This document shows, piece by piece, positions 25,362 to 35,065 of a stretch of 64,000 nucleotides of DNA. The DNA comes from a virus (Duplodnaviria > Heunggongvirae > Uroviricota > Caudoviricetes): the IMG/VR virus record IMGVR_UViG_3300037484_000445, positions 195,863-259,862 of that record, one strand, 5' to 3'. The position numbers and the translations under genes were made by a program. Below the pieces are notes generated by a model. It was not told the DNA's origin. It made no database searches and saw only the letters and a list, made by a program, of their open reading frames with translations. How positions within the stretch are numbered: position 1 is the stretch's first letter; each line of letters opens with the position of its first letter.

Positions 25362-26180
25362 CTACACCAGACAGAGGCGGTCGTTCAGATATGACGCCAA
25401 GGGAGAGTAAACCTTGCCCAAACCGGTGACTGCCGCCTCATCGGCCAGGCCGAATACGAACTTGAGGGGGCTACCCATCCTGGACCACCGGTCGATTGCC
25501 ATACAGAGATCCACGAGTTCCTTCGCCAGCCCTTTCCGGTGGTAATGGCTCAGAATGCCTTCTAGCCCGTCCAGAACGAGGATTGTAGGGGCGAGCAGGG
25601 CATTGCCGCTAGATAGGGTGGCCAAAAATAAAAGGGCGTCAAAGCGCTCGTAGGGCGCCGGCATTCGGTTGGGCCCCTTCATCCCCAACAAGGCTTGACC
25701 GTAGAGCTCTTCGAGTTGGCCCTCTGTCAACCAGCGACCGAGAGCTTGCACCACTGGCTTGACTTCACTATTTTCGTCTAGTCGTTGGCGAGCTTCTGTG
25801 AGGACTCTGTGAATTCGTGTGTAGAGCTTACCTTGGTCCACTAAGTCTTGAAGGGTTAGATCCAAGTGTAATTCGTCGACTGTGATTAGATTCCAGAGGA
25901 TGTCCCACTCATGTGGAGTTATGGACCCTATGGACCTGAGCTTGGAAAGCCTATTGGCTAAGAACCCTGTGAAAAGAACATCTCCCCAGGTGTTCTTTGG
26001 TTCCACGTGTACAGCTCCTACCTGTTGGTAAAGGAGATCACGCTTTTCTTGGTCCCCCGCAACGACCAACAAGGGCCCTCGCTCCTCATGGGCCCAATCC
26101 AAGCAAGTCGCTGGGGGTGCCCAAGGCGGGGGTCTCACAGTCGATCTTAGGTCAGCCCAATCAAGAAAGTCTTCAGACAT
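25362..26180 (-). CDS. hypothetical protein
   Basis: 272-aa ORF. Confidence 0.65.
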   Translation of the reverse strand: MSEDFLDWADLRSTVRPPPWAPPATCLDWAHEERGPLLVVAGDQEKRDLLYQQVGAVHVEPKNTWGDVLFTGFLANRLSKLRSIGSITPHEWDILWNLITVDELHLDLTLQDLVDQGKLYTRIHRVLTEARQRLDENSEVKPVVQALGRWLTEGQLEELYGQALLGMKGPNRMPAPYERFDALLFLATLSSGNALLAPTILVLDGLEGILSHYHRKGLAKELVDLCMAIDRWSRMGSPLKFVFGLADEAAVTGLGKVYSPLASYLNDRLCLV

Positions 26181-26236
26181 CTGTTACACAATACACTTGG
26201 TAGTCTTCACATACTAAAGGTATTCGCCAATTTGTG

Positions 26237-26785
26237 TCAGACTTTGAAAAAGTCATCCGTGAAGACACGTACGGTTCCCTCTGTCCGTGCATCAACAAAT
26301 TCGATGTAGAACCGTCCGGACTCTCTACCTATGGTGTAGTCCGAAACAAGGCCGTCTCGGCAATGCATTTCGACAGCTAAGATTCCGTGAACCCCATTGG
26401 CTGTATGGTTGACATTGGCCGCTTCCAGGAGTTTTTTCAATAGAGACAACGGAAGGGCGCTTATGAACTTTCGAAGCTCTTCCGGGGTGAGATCTTGGTT
26501 TTCTAGAATGACTTCGATGAGCCCTAAGATGCTCTGCTCCCGCAACCCCGTCCGCCAGTTAGCTAGAAAAGTAGATACGTACTTACTGACCAAGTCGCTC
26601 AAAACTTCGGGCGTGAGCTCCTTGCCCAAAAGGCCTTGAGAGAACGACGTCAGATCAAAGGCTGTCTTGGCACGTGCAATCTCGACTTGGGATTTGAAAT
26701 CACTAGCCTGACTGCTGACAAGGATGAGCTTACCTGCCTTCAGGAACTCCCAATCGTCTTCGAATTCATCCCAACCTTCAGTCAT
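26237..26785 (-). CDS. hypothetical protein
   Basis: Coupled to the upstream stop. Confidence 0.65.
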   Translation of the reverse strand: MTEGWDEFEDDWEFLKAGKLILVSSQASDFKSQVEIARAKTAFDLTSFSQGLLGKELTPEVLSDLVSKYVSTFLANWRTGLREQSILGLIEVILENQDLTPEELRKFISALPLSLLKKLLEAANVNHTANGVHGILAVEMHCRDGLVSDYTIGRESGRFYIEFVDARTEGTVRVFTDDFFKV

Positions 26786-27228
26786 TCAATCAGACCATCC
26801 TGCAACCATTGAGGCATGAGCGTTCCAGAAGCAAACCCATACGCCACCCAGTAGGGCGGCGGCTCCTTTGTGTTATACACCCGGGAGCCCAAACTGATGC
26901 GGGGTATTCTGTCTAGAATGTGCTTTCGCAGGGGTTTTCGCAGACTTGGCTTGGAGTCATCCAGCTTGATTTTCAATCTGTTTAGCACGGACTGAATTGC
27001 TGACGTGACATGGGGTTCAAGGTTTTTGGGGCAGGCGAAGAGCACTTGGCGAAATACGTCGTGCTCTTCATCATGTGTCAGATACATAGCAAGAATGAGA
27101 GTAGCCACGAACTCTTCATGGTTCCACGTAGTTGAAAAGAAGCCGTGTTTCTTTTCGAGATAAAGACGTGCTTGTCTTGGTGTAGGATCACTGCCCAGCC
27201 AAAACCGGTGATATGCGCTTGAGTCCAT
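26782..27228 (-). CDS. hypothetical protein
   Basis: ATG 12 nt after GGTGTA. Confidence 0.6.
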   Translation of the reverse strand: MDSSAYHRFWLGSDPTPRQARLYLEKKHGFFSTTWNHEEFVATLILAMYLTHDEEHDVFRQVLFACPKNLEPHVTSAIQSVLNRLKIKLDDSKPSLRKPLRKHILDRIPRISLGSRVYNTKEPPPYWVAYGFASGTLMPQWLQDGLIE

Positions 27229-27454
27229 TCGTTTCTTCTGTACACCAAAAGACGGGTTGCTTGGGAGCGACATGTCGTGTAATACCTTGATGCTGAGGGA
27301 CACTTAGGCCGACTGGAGAGCCTGACAATTCACTTATGGATCCGCATCCTAGTCTCATTAGAGACCCGTGAGGTTAACCCAAGAAAGGTGGTCAACAGAA
27401 CAAAAACGCCCTAGAAACCAGCCCTTTTTGAGGGCTCTCAAAGGAGTTGAGAGA

Positions 27455-28219
27455 ATGCCAGCTTTGCAAATCGTTACCGCTTGGATCCTATCACTGATCA
27501 TGACTTCTGCCCCACCGGGTAGAAAAATCTACTACGCCGAAGGGCAAGAGACCCTAGAAGATGCAACAGCGAGGTACGAGTCTATCGCAGAAGACGTCAT
27601 CGCCGTTGTCTACGATCCAGCGACAAAACCATTATTTCAGGGATCTACAGGACGAGCTCGAACGGTCTCGGTGATTTTGAGTGTCATGTTGCACGAGAGT
27701 AGTTTCATGCGGCATGTCGACTACGGTCTTGGCAAGTATGCCCGTGGCGACAACGGTCAATCGTGGTGCTTGATGCAATTACGTGTTGGTAGTGGAAGGA
27801 CCATGAGGTGGGATACCGTGCGAGGACGACCCGCCGCGATAGGTGACCACTCCGAGGACGTCTTTGAGGGGTACACGGGGGAAGAACTCGTATCCGATCG
27901 TAAGGCCTGTATTCGTGAGGGTCTTAAAGTGTTAGCCGTGTCCTTTGGGGGAACTTACGGCTTACCCTTAGAAGACCGTTTGAGGGTTTACGCCTCAGGA
28001 TCTCGAGACAAAGGGAGTGATGCCAGCCACAATCGCATGAATTTGGCCGTTAAGTGGTTCAATCGATACCCTTACAAGACGGCCAAGGATGCTGATGTTA
28101 TGCGGGAATTGCTCGAAAAGCAAACCCCTAAATTCGAGCTTCCAGGAGGTGAAGCCGTTGACCGGGATGCGAAGATCTCTTTGTTGCCAGGCCCTGGGAT
28201 AGAAGGACCTGAATCATGA
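27455..28219 (+). CDS. lysozyme-fold (SLT-like) muralytic enzyme with N-terminal hydrophobic segment
   Basis: AAGGAG SD; HESSF...GDNG.SWCLMQL resembles the ES and GLMQ motifs. Confidence 0.55.
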   Translation: MPALQIVTAWILSLIMTSAPPGRKIYYAEGQETLEDATARYESIAEDVIAVVYDPATKPLFQGSTGRARTVSVILSVMLHESSFMRHVDYGLGKYARGDNGQSWCLMQLRVGSGRTMRWDTVRGRPAAIGDHSEDVFEGYTGEELVSDRKACIREGLKVLAVSFGGTYGLPLEDRLRVYASGSRDKGSDASHNRMNLAVKWFNRYPYKTAKDADVMRELLEKQTPKFELPGGEAVDRDAKISLLPGPGIEGPES

Positions 28220-28647
28220 AGTTCACGAACTCAGCACTCCAAAACCTACGTCTGAGGTGCCTTACGGCTATCTCCTACAAAAGGGAAATAGCCCTGGCCA
28301 ATGAATATCAAGCAAGTTTGGAGGCTGAGGCAGGGTCGGTTGCTCCACAAGCTACCCCAGCTCACACCATTCTATCTCTCGTGGAGAGGGTCATTCTGAT
28401 TCGTTCAGATAGGGCCCCTGCAGCAGTTCCAGCCAAAGCTCAAGCTCGGCCTGTTGTAGCGCCCGTAGTGCCTGTTGTAGCGCTCATTGAACCGGTTATC
28501 GCCCCAGAGGCGATTGACGTGACTGATGATACCCCAGTGGTCGAGAGTATCGTTCCTCCAGCGATGGATGAAGGAGCTGGAACTGACGATCCACCACCGG
28601 ACATCAAGCCCGTCAACCAGTCCAAGCGATCAAACAGGCGTAAGTGA
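28216..28647 (+). CDS. hypothetical protein with Pro/Ala/Val-rich C-half
   Basis: ATGA coupling. Confidence 0.6.
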   Translation: MKFTNSALQNLRLRCLTAISYKREIALANEYQASLEAEAGSVAPQATPAHTILSLVERVILIRSDRAPAAVPAKAQARPVVAPVVPVVALIEPVIAPEAIDVTDDTPVVESIVPPAMDEGAGTDDPPPDIKPVNQSKRSNRRK

Positions 28648-28651
28648 AGCC

Positions 28652-28678
28652 GTGGGGAGGTTCTCTCAACCTCCCCAC
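28652..28678. terminator. perfect 11-bp hairpin between convergent genes
   Basis: gtggggaggtt-ctctc-aacctccccac. Confidence 0.7.
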
Positions 28679-28684
28679 CCGGAC

Positions 28685-29398
28685 TTAGACTTGGGGGAAG
28701 TCCTGAACTCCCTCAGAATCGATCAGGTCCATTAGGTCGAATTGTAGGGTCGGGACCAAATCCTTTAGCTTCTGCCACTCGAGATCGATCTTGGGTGGGG
28801 GTGCTTGGTTCCGGATCTTGGCCAGCATTTCCTTTTGAATGGCCACAACACTTTTCGTGTACACGTCTTCGGGGGCCGTGAAGTAGCCAGCAGTCTTCAA
28901 GGCATGCACATAAGCAGTGGCGTCTCCCTTCAAGAGAGACGCCCAGGCAGCCTTGTAGCGGCCGGTTGCTACGAAGCTCACGTAGCAGTCAACACCGTCG
29001 TAGTTATTGGCGAAGGCCCTCATACGAGTCTGGGGATGACCATCCGGAACGGGAAGTGGTGGGGCAATCAACTTCCCACCCTTGGAAGGGTGGGCGGACA
29101 GCTCACCTTCGGGAGAGAACCAAACCGTTACGGTCTTACCCCCTCGAACGAGGCACTCATTGAGGAAAATGCACGTGAACATGCCCTCGTAGGAATTCTG
29201 GGCTTTCACATTACCCCAATTTGAATTCCAGATAGCACTCCACTTACCAGTTTCCAGAGCTGTTTTGGCAAGGGCGAGAGCTAAAACTTCGTCGGTTGGA
29301 GCCTTACCTATGTGTGTTTGCAAGGCCCACTTCATACAAGCATGGGCCTCAGTAAAGGTCATGGGAGTTTTCTTGGATTCTACGTAGACGGCCTTCAT
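28685..29398 (-). CDS. GH73/FlgJ-like peptidoglycan hydrolase
   Basis: ALETG.W...N.GNVKA...RY..A...LKTAGYFTAPEDVY. Confidence 0.65.
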   Translation of the reverse strand: MKAVYVESKKTPMTFTEAHACMKWALQTHIGKAPTDEVLALALAKTALETGKWSAIWNSNWGNVKAQNSYEGMFTCIFLNECLVRGGKTVTVWFSPEGELSAHPSKGGKLIAPPLPVPDGHPQTRMRAFANNYDGVDCYVSFVATGRYKAAWASLLKGDATAYVHALKTAGYFTAPEDVYTKSVVAIQKEMLAKIRNQAPPPKIDLEWQKLKDLVPTLQFDLMDLIDSEGVQDFPQV

Positions 29399-29461
29399 GT
29401 AAATCAGGCTGGATAAAAGGATTGGTCCTGTGGTTAAAGCTCTTGTTGTTGGGCTAAGTCG

Positions 29462-30388
29462 ATGGATCCTCTCGTTGCCAAAGTTGCGGCCCGGTATCGA
29501 GCAGCCCGTGTGGCTCACCGCTTCATCGTGGCTGGACTCGCCGATCAGTTTGAGACGAAGATCCGAGACCTTTTGGACGGCCCCCTTGATAGCCAAAAGG
29601 GTAAAGCTCTAGCAGCTTGGATGTCCGACAACTTCCATTTCAAGGGAAGTAAGACACCTAAGGGTGGAAAGGACCTGAAGAATATTCTCAGTATGCTTCA
29701 CTGGGCCCTCGACGTGGGGCTTGGTCAGGGGGGTAACCCTGAAGCGCTACGGCCCACGATTGAGAGTGATTGGTCCAAGATCCAACCAAAACTCAACGAT
29801 CTGGTCAAGTTGTTCACCGAAGAGGGTGGGAAAGTCGTACCCAAAGAGATCAAGGTCGGTGCCAACACGTACCGCAATCTCTCAGGTTTTCCTGAAAAAC
29901 AACTCGATGACTACATCAAAGCCCTCGAGGCTGTGTTCGATGAGCTCAAGGGGTGGCGTAAGAAGGCGCTTGCTGGTAGTCTTGAAGTAGCCCTAGCCGG
30001 TCCAGGAGAGTTCAGGGGCACTTCCTCAGGCAAGTACAAGTCGAGTGAGGACGTCCTTTATGTTCGGGCAACGCCGAAGATTTTGAAGCGTTCTCGGGGA
30101 ACATACGCAGCCTTCGACTACATAATCGTGCATGAGCTTGGCCACCGTTATGAGTACAAGAGGCGGCCAAGCATAGACTTCGAACGTCAAGAGTGGTTCA
30201 CCAGTCCCTATAGTCAAAAAGAGGGTGAAGCCTTCGCAGAGCTCTTTGCTATCTCGAACTTTGGAATCAAAGGTCCGTGGAAGCAAGAGACTGTGGATCG
30301 CTTTGAGGACTTCATGACTACGGGCAAAGTGACGGAGCACGAATCTGTAGAGCTCCCACCACACCTTAAGGCGCTTGTTGGTCGCTAG
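29462..30388 (+). CDS. zincin metallopeptidase with tandem N-terminal KVAARY/RVAHRF tags
   Basis: VHELGHRY and EAFAELF. Confidence 0.75.
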   Translation: MDPLVAKVAARYRAARVAHRFIVAGLADQFETKIRDLLDGPLDSQKGKALAAWMSDNFHFKGSKTPKGGKDLKNILSMLHWALDVGLGQGGNPEALRPTIESDWSKIQPKLNDLVKLFTEEGGKVVPKEIKVGANTYRNLSGFPEKQLDDYIKALEAVFDELKGWRKKALAGSLEVALAGPGEFRGTSSGKYKSSEDVLYVRATPKILKRSRGTYAAFDYIIVHELGHRYEYKRRPSIDFERQEWFTSPYSQKEGEAFAELFAISNFGIKGPWKQETVDRFEDFMTTGKVTEHESVELPPHLKALVGR

Positions 30389-31451
30389 ATTTAGGCTGTG
30401 AGATACCCCACCCGATGACGGGTTGTACAGCCTGTGTCCCTATGGGTCTGGCACCAAGGAATCCGCTTAGGAATTCCATGGGGATGATACTGACGAGGTG
30501 CTCCCATATGAAAGGCACTCGGCTGAAGCCCTTGGGGTATTGGCCTATGTTTCCTCCGCCCCCGTGACTCTTGACTACCGTCGGGTAAACGGCGTAAGGG
30601 TTGGGACGAGTATGCTTCGAGTTGCGAACAGCACCTAAGTCAGGGTTCGATAGAAGATGTGGGAAGAACACATTGATCCAACCATTGACGTAGGGCCCAC
30701 CCGAGCCATTGTTCAGCTTGAAGAAGCCGTTCCAGAAAGGCAGATCAACTTGATCTTCGAAGGCATCGACAAAGTGTTGTAGTACGAGTACTAAGGAAGC
30801 CACCCATTCTGAGCAATTGGCGAAAGCCAGAGCTCTGGCTTTCTCTTTTAGTTGTTGCCAGTCTTCTTTGGTTCCTGTAAGCGTAATGTGCGGGATACCA
30901 CATCGAGTCACCAAGGTGTAGTCAAAGTATGCTTGGGTTACGTCCAACAAGGCGATCTCCGAGGCGGCCCTTTCGATGATGCCTGTCGTCGAAAAGTCCG
31001 CCACGAGAAGAGCCTGCTTGTCTGATCCTATGCAGGCGGCAACGCCATCAGAGAATTCTTTGAACACTCCGGTCCAGTCATTTCTGGAAGATCCCTTGAT
31101 AAAGTCGTCCCTTCTGACGCGGATCTCCTTTTTTCCGTCATGCCCGACAAAAAGTCCTCGCAACTCTTCGGCGTTAGCGTTTACGTGAAGGGCAAATCCT
31201 TGTACAATGGCCAACCAGATATCGTCTGGAGTTAGTACCAGATCTAAGTGGTTGTCAAAAGCCAGACACACAGTACTGATGAAGCCATTTATCCTGGGGT
31301 TGGCTAGGACCAGTTGATTCGTGCCATTGTCCCCAAAAGCTTCAGGCTTGACACCTGTGAGTTGGGTTATGATTGTGTGACTGTGTGTGCTGTCGGTAGG
31401 TACTGTGCCCCTGACAATACTGTCGTCTGCAACTTTGAATGTCTTAGCCAT
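30366..31451 (-). CDS. DUF4419-family protein
   Basis: NGF...AF..H..LVLTPDDIWLAI.QGF..HVN.NAEELR..FV...CGIP.ITL.GT.EDW. Confidence 0.8.
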   Translation of the reverse strand: MAKTFKVADDSIVRGTVPTDSTHSHTIITQLTGVKPEAFGDNGTNQLVLANPRINGFISTVCLAFDNHLDLVLTPDDIWLAIVQGFALHVNANAEELRGLFVGHDGKKEIRVRRDDFIKGSSRNDWTGVFKEFSDGVAACIGSDKQALLVADFSTTGIIERAASEIALLDVTQAYFDYTLVTRCGIPHITLTGTKEDWQQLKEKARALAFANCSEWVASLVLVLQHFVDAFEDQVDLPFWNGFFKLNNGSGGPYVNGWINVFFPHLLSNPDLGAVRNSKHTRPNPYAVYPTVVKSHGGGGNIGQYPKGFSRVPFIWEHLVSIIPMEFLSGFLGARPIGTQAVQPVIGWGISQPKSSDQQAP

Positions 31452-31460
31452 ACGCTTCCT

Positions 31461-33125
31461 TTACTCGGTAACCCAGCCTGTATCGTCCCCAGTACTCTCT
31501 AGGGGGATCAAGGTATCGTTGATGAGCCCGCGTCCTGCCAAGGTCTTCATGAGGGACCGTGTTCGCTCCAAGCCACCTTGCTTCGGGGGGATGGCTTTGC
31601 GGGGCCTAGGAAGGATGCTAGCTAGGTAGAAAGCCTCATCCGTCTCGAGGCGTTCCGGGGGATGGTCAAAGTAAAACTTGGACGCAGGGCCGATCCCATA
31701 TAGGTTCGGGCCGAACTCCACCACATTGAGGTAGAGCTCAAGGATCTCGGCCTTCGAGAGACACGACTCGAGGGCCAAGGTAAGCAGCACTTCTTGGGCT
31801 TTCCTCCCAAGGGTCTTGTGCCGGCGAAGCCAGATGTTCTTCGCTAGTTGCATAGTGATGGTTGAGCCACCTCGGAAGAAGCGCCCCATTCTCAAATTGT
31901 CTTTGAGCGAGTTCTCAAGTGCTTGGGGGATGACTCCTCGGTGCAAGTTGAATCCAGGATCCTCGAGAGTGATGAAGGCGGCTGGTACGTGAGGAGGGAG
32001 ATTGGCTAAAGAAGTCCAATCATCATCTCGAGGCCCGACAGTCCTGGGAAATAGCTTGTCGTTCTTGTCGTAAGCCATGTAAGCGACACGGCCATCTTTG
32101 AGATCTTGTACCGGGTCAGCCTTACACTCGAACTTGCAGGAGTTCTTGATTTTCAGTTGTGGCGCTGGATCGCGTTCGATCTCGAAGGATAAGTCACCAT
32201 CAAAATGACCCTTAGCCTCTTTTAGGGCTATAGGTAGTGGCTCGGGCATAGCGTCGACCCAGGCGTTGCAGCTACCCTTACCTGTGATACGAAACCTCGT
32301 TGGATCGATCGTGACCTCGGCCTTTCCAATTTTGACTAGTATATCGCCCTTACCGTCAATAACTGCCAAAGGGGCAACGATCTTCATGCCCGCAAAAGTC
32401 ACTGGATCTGGTGACACCCAAGGATGGCTAACTTCTAGTTGGTTGAGCTCAAGGTGGAGTTCTTGATCTAGGAGTACGGCCTTAGATGGTTGCTTGGTTT
32501 GAAACGAGGCCCCTACTTTAGCTGTGTTGAAAGACACCACTTTGCTTTTCGTGTCGACCTCAACACCAAAGAGCTCCACGGTTTGCTTAGCCTCCAACCT
32601 GGGAACTTCAAAGGGGATCGTGATAGGAACCGTAACCTGCTTGGCTTGAAGGACCTTGTCCTTGAGCACAACCAAGCCGCTCAAGATCGATACCTCGTGT
32701 ATGCCGTAGGTTACCTCACCTGTTTCAAACGTGACCTGGGTGGCATCAAATGCCACGCCTTTAAGGGTTGCTTTCGCACTACCTTTGGTCACGTCCACGT
32801 CGAGGCCGAAGCCTTGAATATTCTTGGTTTCAGCGGCATTACCGTTCTTGGCTTGTGCCGGTCCAAGGGTAACTTCAACTTTTCCGCCGTAAAGAACGAT
32901 GTTCTTGTCCCAGTCAACGGTGGCTGTAGGGATCGAGGCCTTAACGTTGTCCCGGTTCAAGCTTACGTTGTTGAGGACGACGAACTGCCATCGTAGGGAT
33001 GCGTCTCCCACGGAAGTTCCTGGGTAGTTTCTCTCAATGTAGGACCGAATGAAAAAAGGCGCCCAAGCAAAGGCAAAGAAAATGAGAAGCACTAAGGCTG
33101 CAAATACCCAGAGGAGTTTCTTCAC
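31461..33125 (-). CDS. GT51 peptidoglycan glycosyltransferase with N-terminal TM anchor
   Basis: EDPGF..HRG, GGSTITMQLAKN, RKAQE, KAEILELYLN; no transpeptidase domain. Confidence 0.88.
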   Translation of the reverse strand: MKKLLWVFAALVLLIFFAFAWAPFFIRSYIERNYPGTSVGDASLRWQFVVLNNVSLNRDNVKASIPTATVDWDKNIVLYGGKVEVTLGPAQAKNGNAAETKNIQGFGLDVDVTKGSAKATLKGVAFDATQVTFETGEVTYGIHEVSILSGLVVLKDKVLQAKQVTVPITIPFEVPRLEAKQTVELFGVEVDTKSKVVSFNTAKVGASFQTKQPSKAVLLDQELHLELNQLEVSHPWVSPDPVTFAGMKIVAPLAVIDGKGDILVKIGKAEVTIDPTRFRITGKGSCNAWVDAMPEPLPIALKEAKGHFDGDLSFEIERDPAPQLKIKNSCKFECKADPVQDLKDGRVAYMAYDKNDKLFPRTVGPRDDDWTSLANLPPHVPAAFITLEDPGFNLHRGVIPQALENSLKDNLRMGRFFRGGSTITMQLAKNIWLRRHKTLGRKAQEVLLTLALESCLSKAEILELYLNVVEFGPNLYGIGPASKFYFDHPPERLETDEAFYLASILPRPRKAIPPKQGGLERTRSLMKTLAGRGLINDTLIPLESTGDDTGWVTE

Positions 33126-33143
33126 GCGGGGTATATACACCAA

Positions 33144-33608
33144 TTAGGCGTCATCTGCCAAGATGCGATCGAGTATGGTCGGACCTTCCTCCGGAGGATC
33201 TTTTTCGCTTGCAACCCTATGCACGACAGTGACGTTAGGATTGTGGTAAGGCAGCAGGCTTAGGGGGTGGTCGACACGTCTTTCCCTGTTGTCCCTAAGG
33301 GCACGATCCATTTCAGCCGCCATTGCGTTGCCTAATTCTGATGCTCGTACGAGGTCCTCTTGGTTGAATCGAAAGCTGAGATCTTGTTGAAGGTATGCTT
33401 GGCGTTGCGCTTCGAGCTTTTCAATGACCTCTTTGGCCTCTTTTAGTTCTCGCCCCCGGGCAAGATGGCTTCTTGAGGCAAGCCTGCAGAACTTCTTGTG
33501 TTTGAAGTGCTGCGAAATATAGGCGACAACTAGGCCGAAAGTTACTAGGAGTAGCAGGCCCAAAAGTGTTCTTGCGGTGTAGGTGTTTAGGTCCAAGATG
33601 ACCACCAA
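33144..33608 (-). CDS. membrane-anchored coiled-coil protein with C-terminal ILDRILADD motif
   Basis: TM segment then coiled coil; start uncertain. Confidence 0.65.
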   Translation of the reverse strand: MVVILDLNTYTARTLLGLLLLVTFGLVVAYISQHFKHKKFCRLASRSHLARGRELKEAKEVIEKLEAQRQAYLQQDLSFRFNQEDLVRASELGNAMAAEMDRALRDNRERRVDHPLSLLPYHNPNVTVVHRVASEKDPPEEGPTILDRILADDA

Positions 33609-33654
33609 TTCAGATCCTAATACACCGCAAGTACTTTTGAGCACCGAGAGGTGT

Positions 33655-33912
33655 ATGATTACCTACTACGCTTGGGATCTACCTGAGAGCGGGAGCATCC
33701 ACTTTTCTGAAGGTGGTAAGCCTCCAGAAGTTGGTGCGAGCTTGCTCTACATCGTGAAGGCTGAGTCTTGGGAAGAGGCTATGGCTATTCACCACTTACG
33801 CCAAGGTTTCGAGCCGTATGTACCCCAGGGGAAACCGGAAACTTGTTCCTGTGGAGCTGTGTACTATCCCGAAGGTAGTGGCCAGTGTTGGAAGTGTAGA
33901 AAGGTGCGTTGA
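33655..33912 (+). CDS. small zinc-ribbon protein
   Basis: CSCG...CWKC. Confidence 0.65.
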   Translation: MITYYAWDLPESGSIHFSEGGKPPEVGASLLYIVKAESWEEAMAIHHLRQGFEPYVPQGKPETCSCGAVYYPEGSGQCWKCRKVR

Positions 33913-34323
33913 ATGTCCTCCATATCACCTAAGAAGATGTTGGAAGAGCTGCTGCAGACAGCAACCTTGACGGCCAAAGAAAGAGACGCCTTCGAAGGAA
34001 TGTGGGATACCATTCACAGATACGGCCATCTATCTCGCAAGCAAACCGGTTGGATCGAAGAGGTTTATTACAAGAAGAATCTCACCAAAGCCATCCGTCC
34101 AGCGCCGAAGCGGTCCCCAAAACTTGGCTTTATCACAGACCCCACAGCGACCAAGGTTGTTCGCATGAGGAGCTTGGACAGCGTGCGGATGCTCTGCCCT
34201 AATATCAATTCAGAATCAGCCCAATTCAAGGCTATCGCTGAATTCTTCAAGTCCGGGGGAGAGGTGTTTGAGGTTCGCCCGAAGCAGTGTTCCAGTGTTC
34301 CGCTAGAAACCGCCAAATCCTAG
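33913..34323 (+). CDS. hypothetical protein; N-domain paralogous to 48436-48732
   Basis: LEELL....LT..E.DAF...LS.KQ..W pattern. Confidence 0.65.
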   Translation: MSSISPKKMLEELLQTATLTAKERDAFEGMWDTIHRYGHLSRKQTGWIEEVYYKKNLTKAIRPAPKRSPKLGFITDPTATKVVRMRSLDSVRMLCPNINSESAQFKAIAEFFKSGGEVFEVRPKQCSSVPLETAKS

Positions 34324-35032
34324 GCTGAACTTGCTCAACCATGTAAGTATGGTCTGGTCGCTCATAGCCCTCATAGGTCAGCATGTACAGGTTGCCTCGG
34401 TTGTTTTCGGCAACGAGATGATCTTGGTCCCAATGCTTTGTTTGAGCTGGCATGACCATACGGCCATCGGTGTCTCGTATGGGTGAAACACTAATGTAGA
34501 CACCACCCTTTGGTAGAGTAGGGTGAAGCAGATATTCGGGGAGTGCCTTATGGGTGTAAGAAGATACCTGTTCAACAGCTGTCCTGTAGATGAGACCGTT
34601 TGAGTCCTTGCTGACTGTGTTGCCGTGGGCCATGAGCATCCAAGCCTCTTTCCTGACGGCACGAGAGGCTAAGTTGATCCAATGGTCCAAGTTCTTCGTG
34701 TGAACCCCCTCCATAATGACGCAGGCATCCACGGAGTTTTGCTCGAAGCTGCTGGTAAGGACTCGATCGGCCCAGTTCCAACCGGCCAAAAAAGTGAAGA
34801 TACCGCGGCGGCGAATTTGGATATTCTGGTGCTGAGGGGCCAGCTCTTTGATGGCCATCCTGAAAGCGTCCCCGCTTGCCGCCCAATACTTACCTGTCCT
34901 CAAAAACGCTCCAGGCGGTCCGGGAATGGTTATTACTAAGGGTTCTTCCCGAAACAATTGCTTGGCCCACGCTGCACACGGCGAACGTTCGGATGAGGCA
35001 TAGGCCGTGAGAATGACGTCTCGGGCAGGCAT
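34247..35032 (-). CDS. hypothetical protein
   Basis: 261-aa ORF. Confidence 0.6.
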   Translation of the reverse strand: MPARDVILTAYASSERSPCAAWAKQLFREEPLVITIPGPPGAFLRTGKYWAASGDAFRMAIKELAPQHQNIQIRRRGIFTFLAGWNWADRVLTSSFEQNSVDACVIMEGVHTKNLDHWINLASRAVRKEAWMLMAHGNTVSKDSNGLIYRTAVEQVSSYTHKALPEYLLHPTLPKGGVYISVSPIRDTDGRMVMPAQTKHWDQDHLVAENNRGNLYMLTYEGYERPDHTYMVEQVQPRIWRFLAEHWNTASGEPQTPLPRT

Positions 35033-35065
35033 TCGCCTACGTTAATTCACTAAAGAAAACACAGT

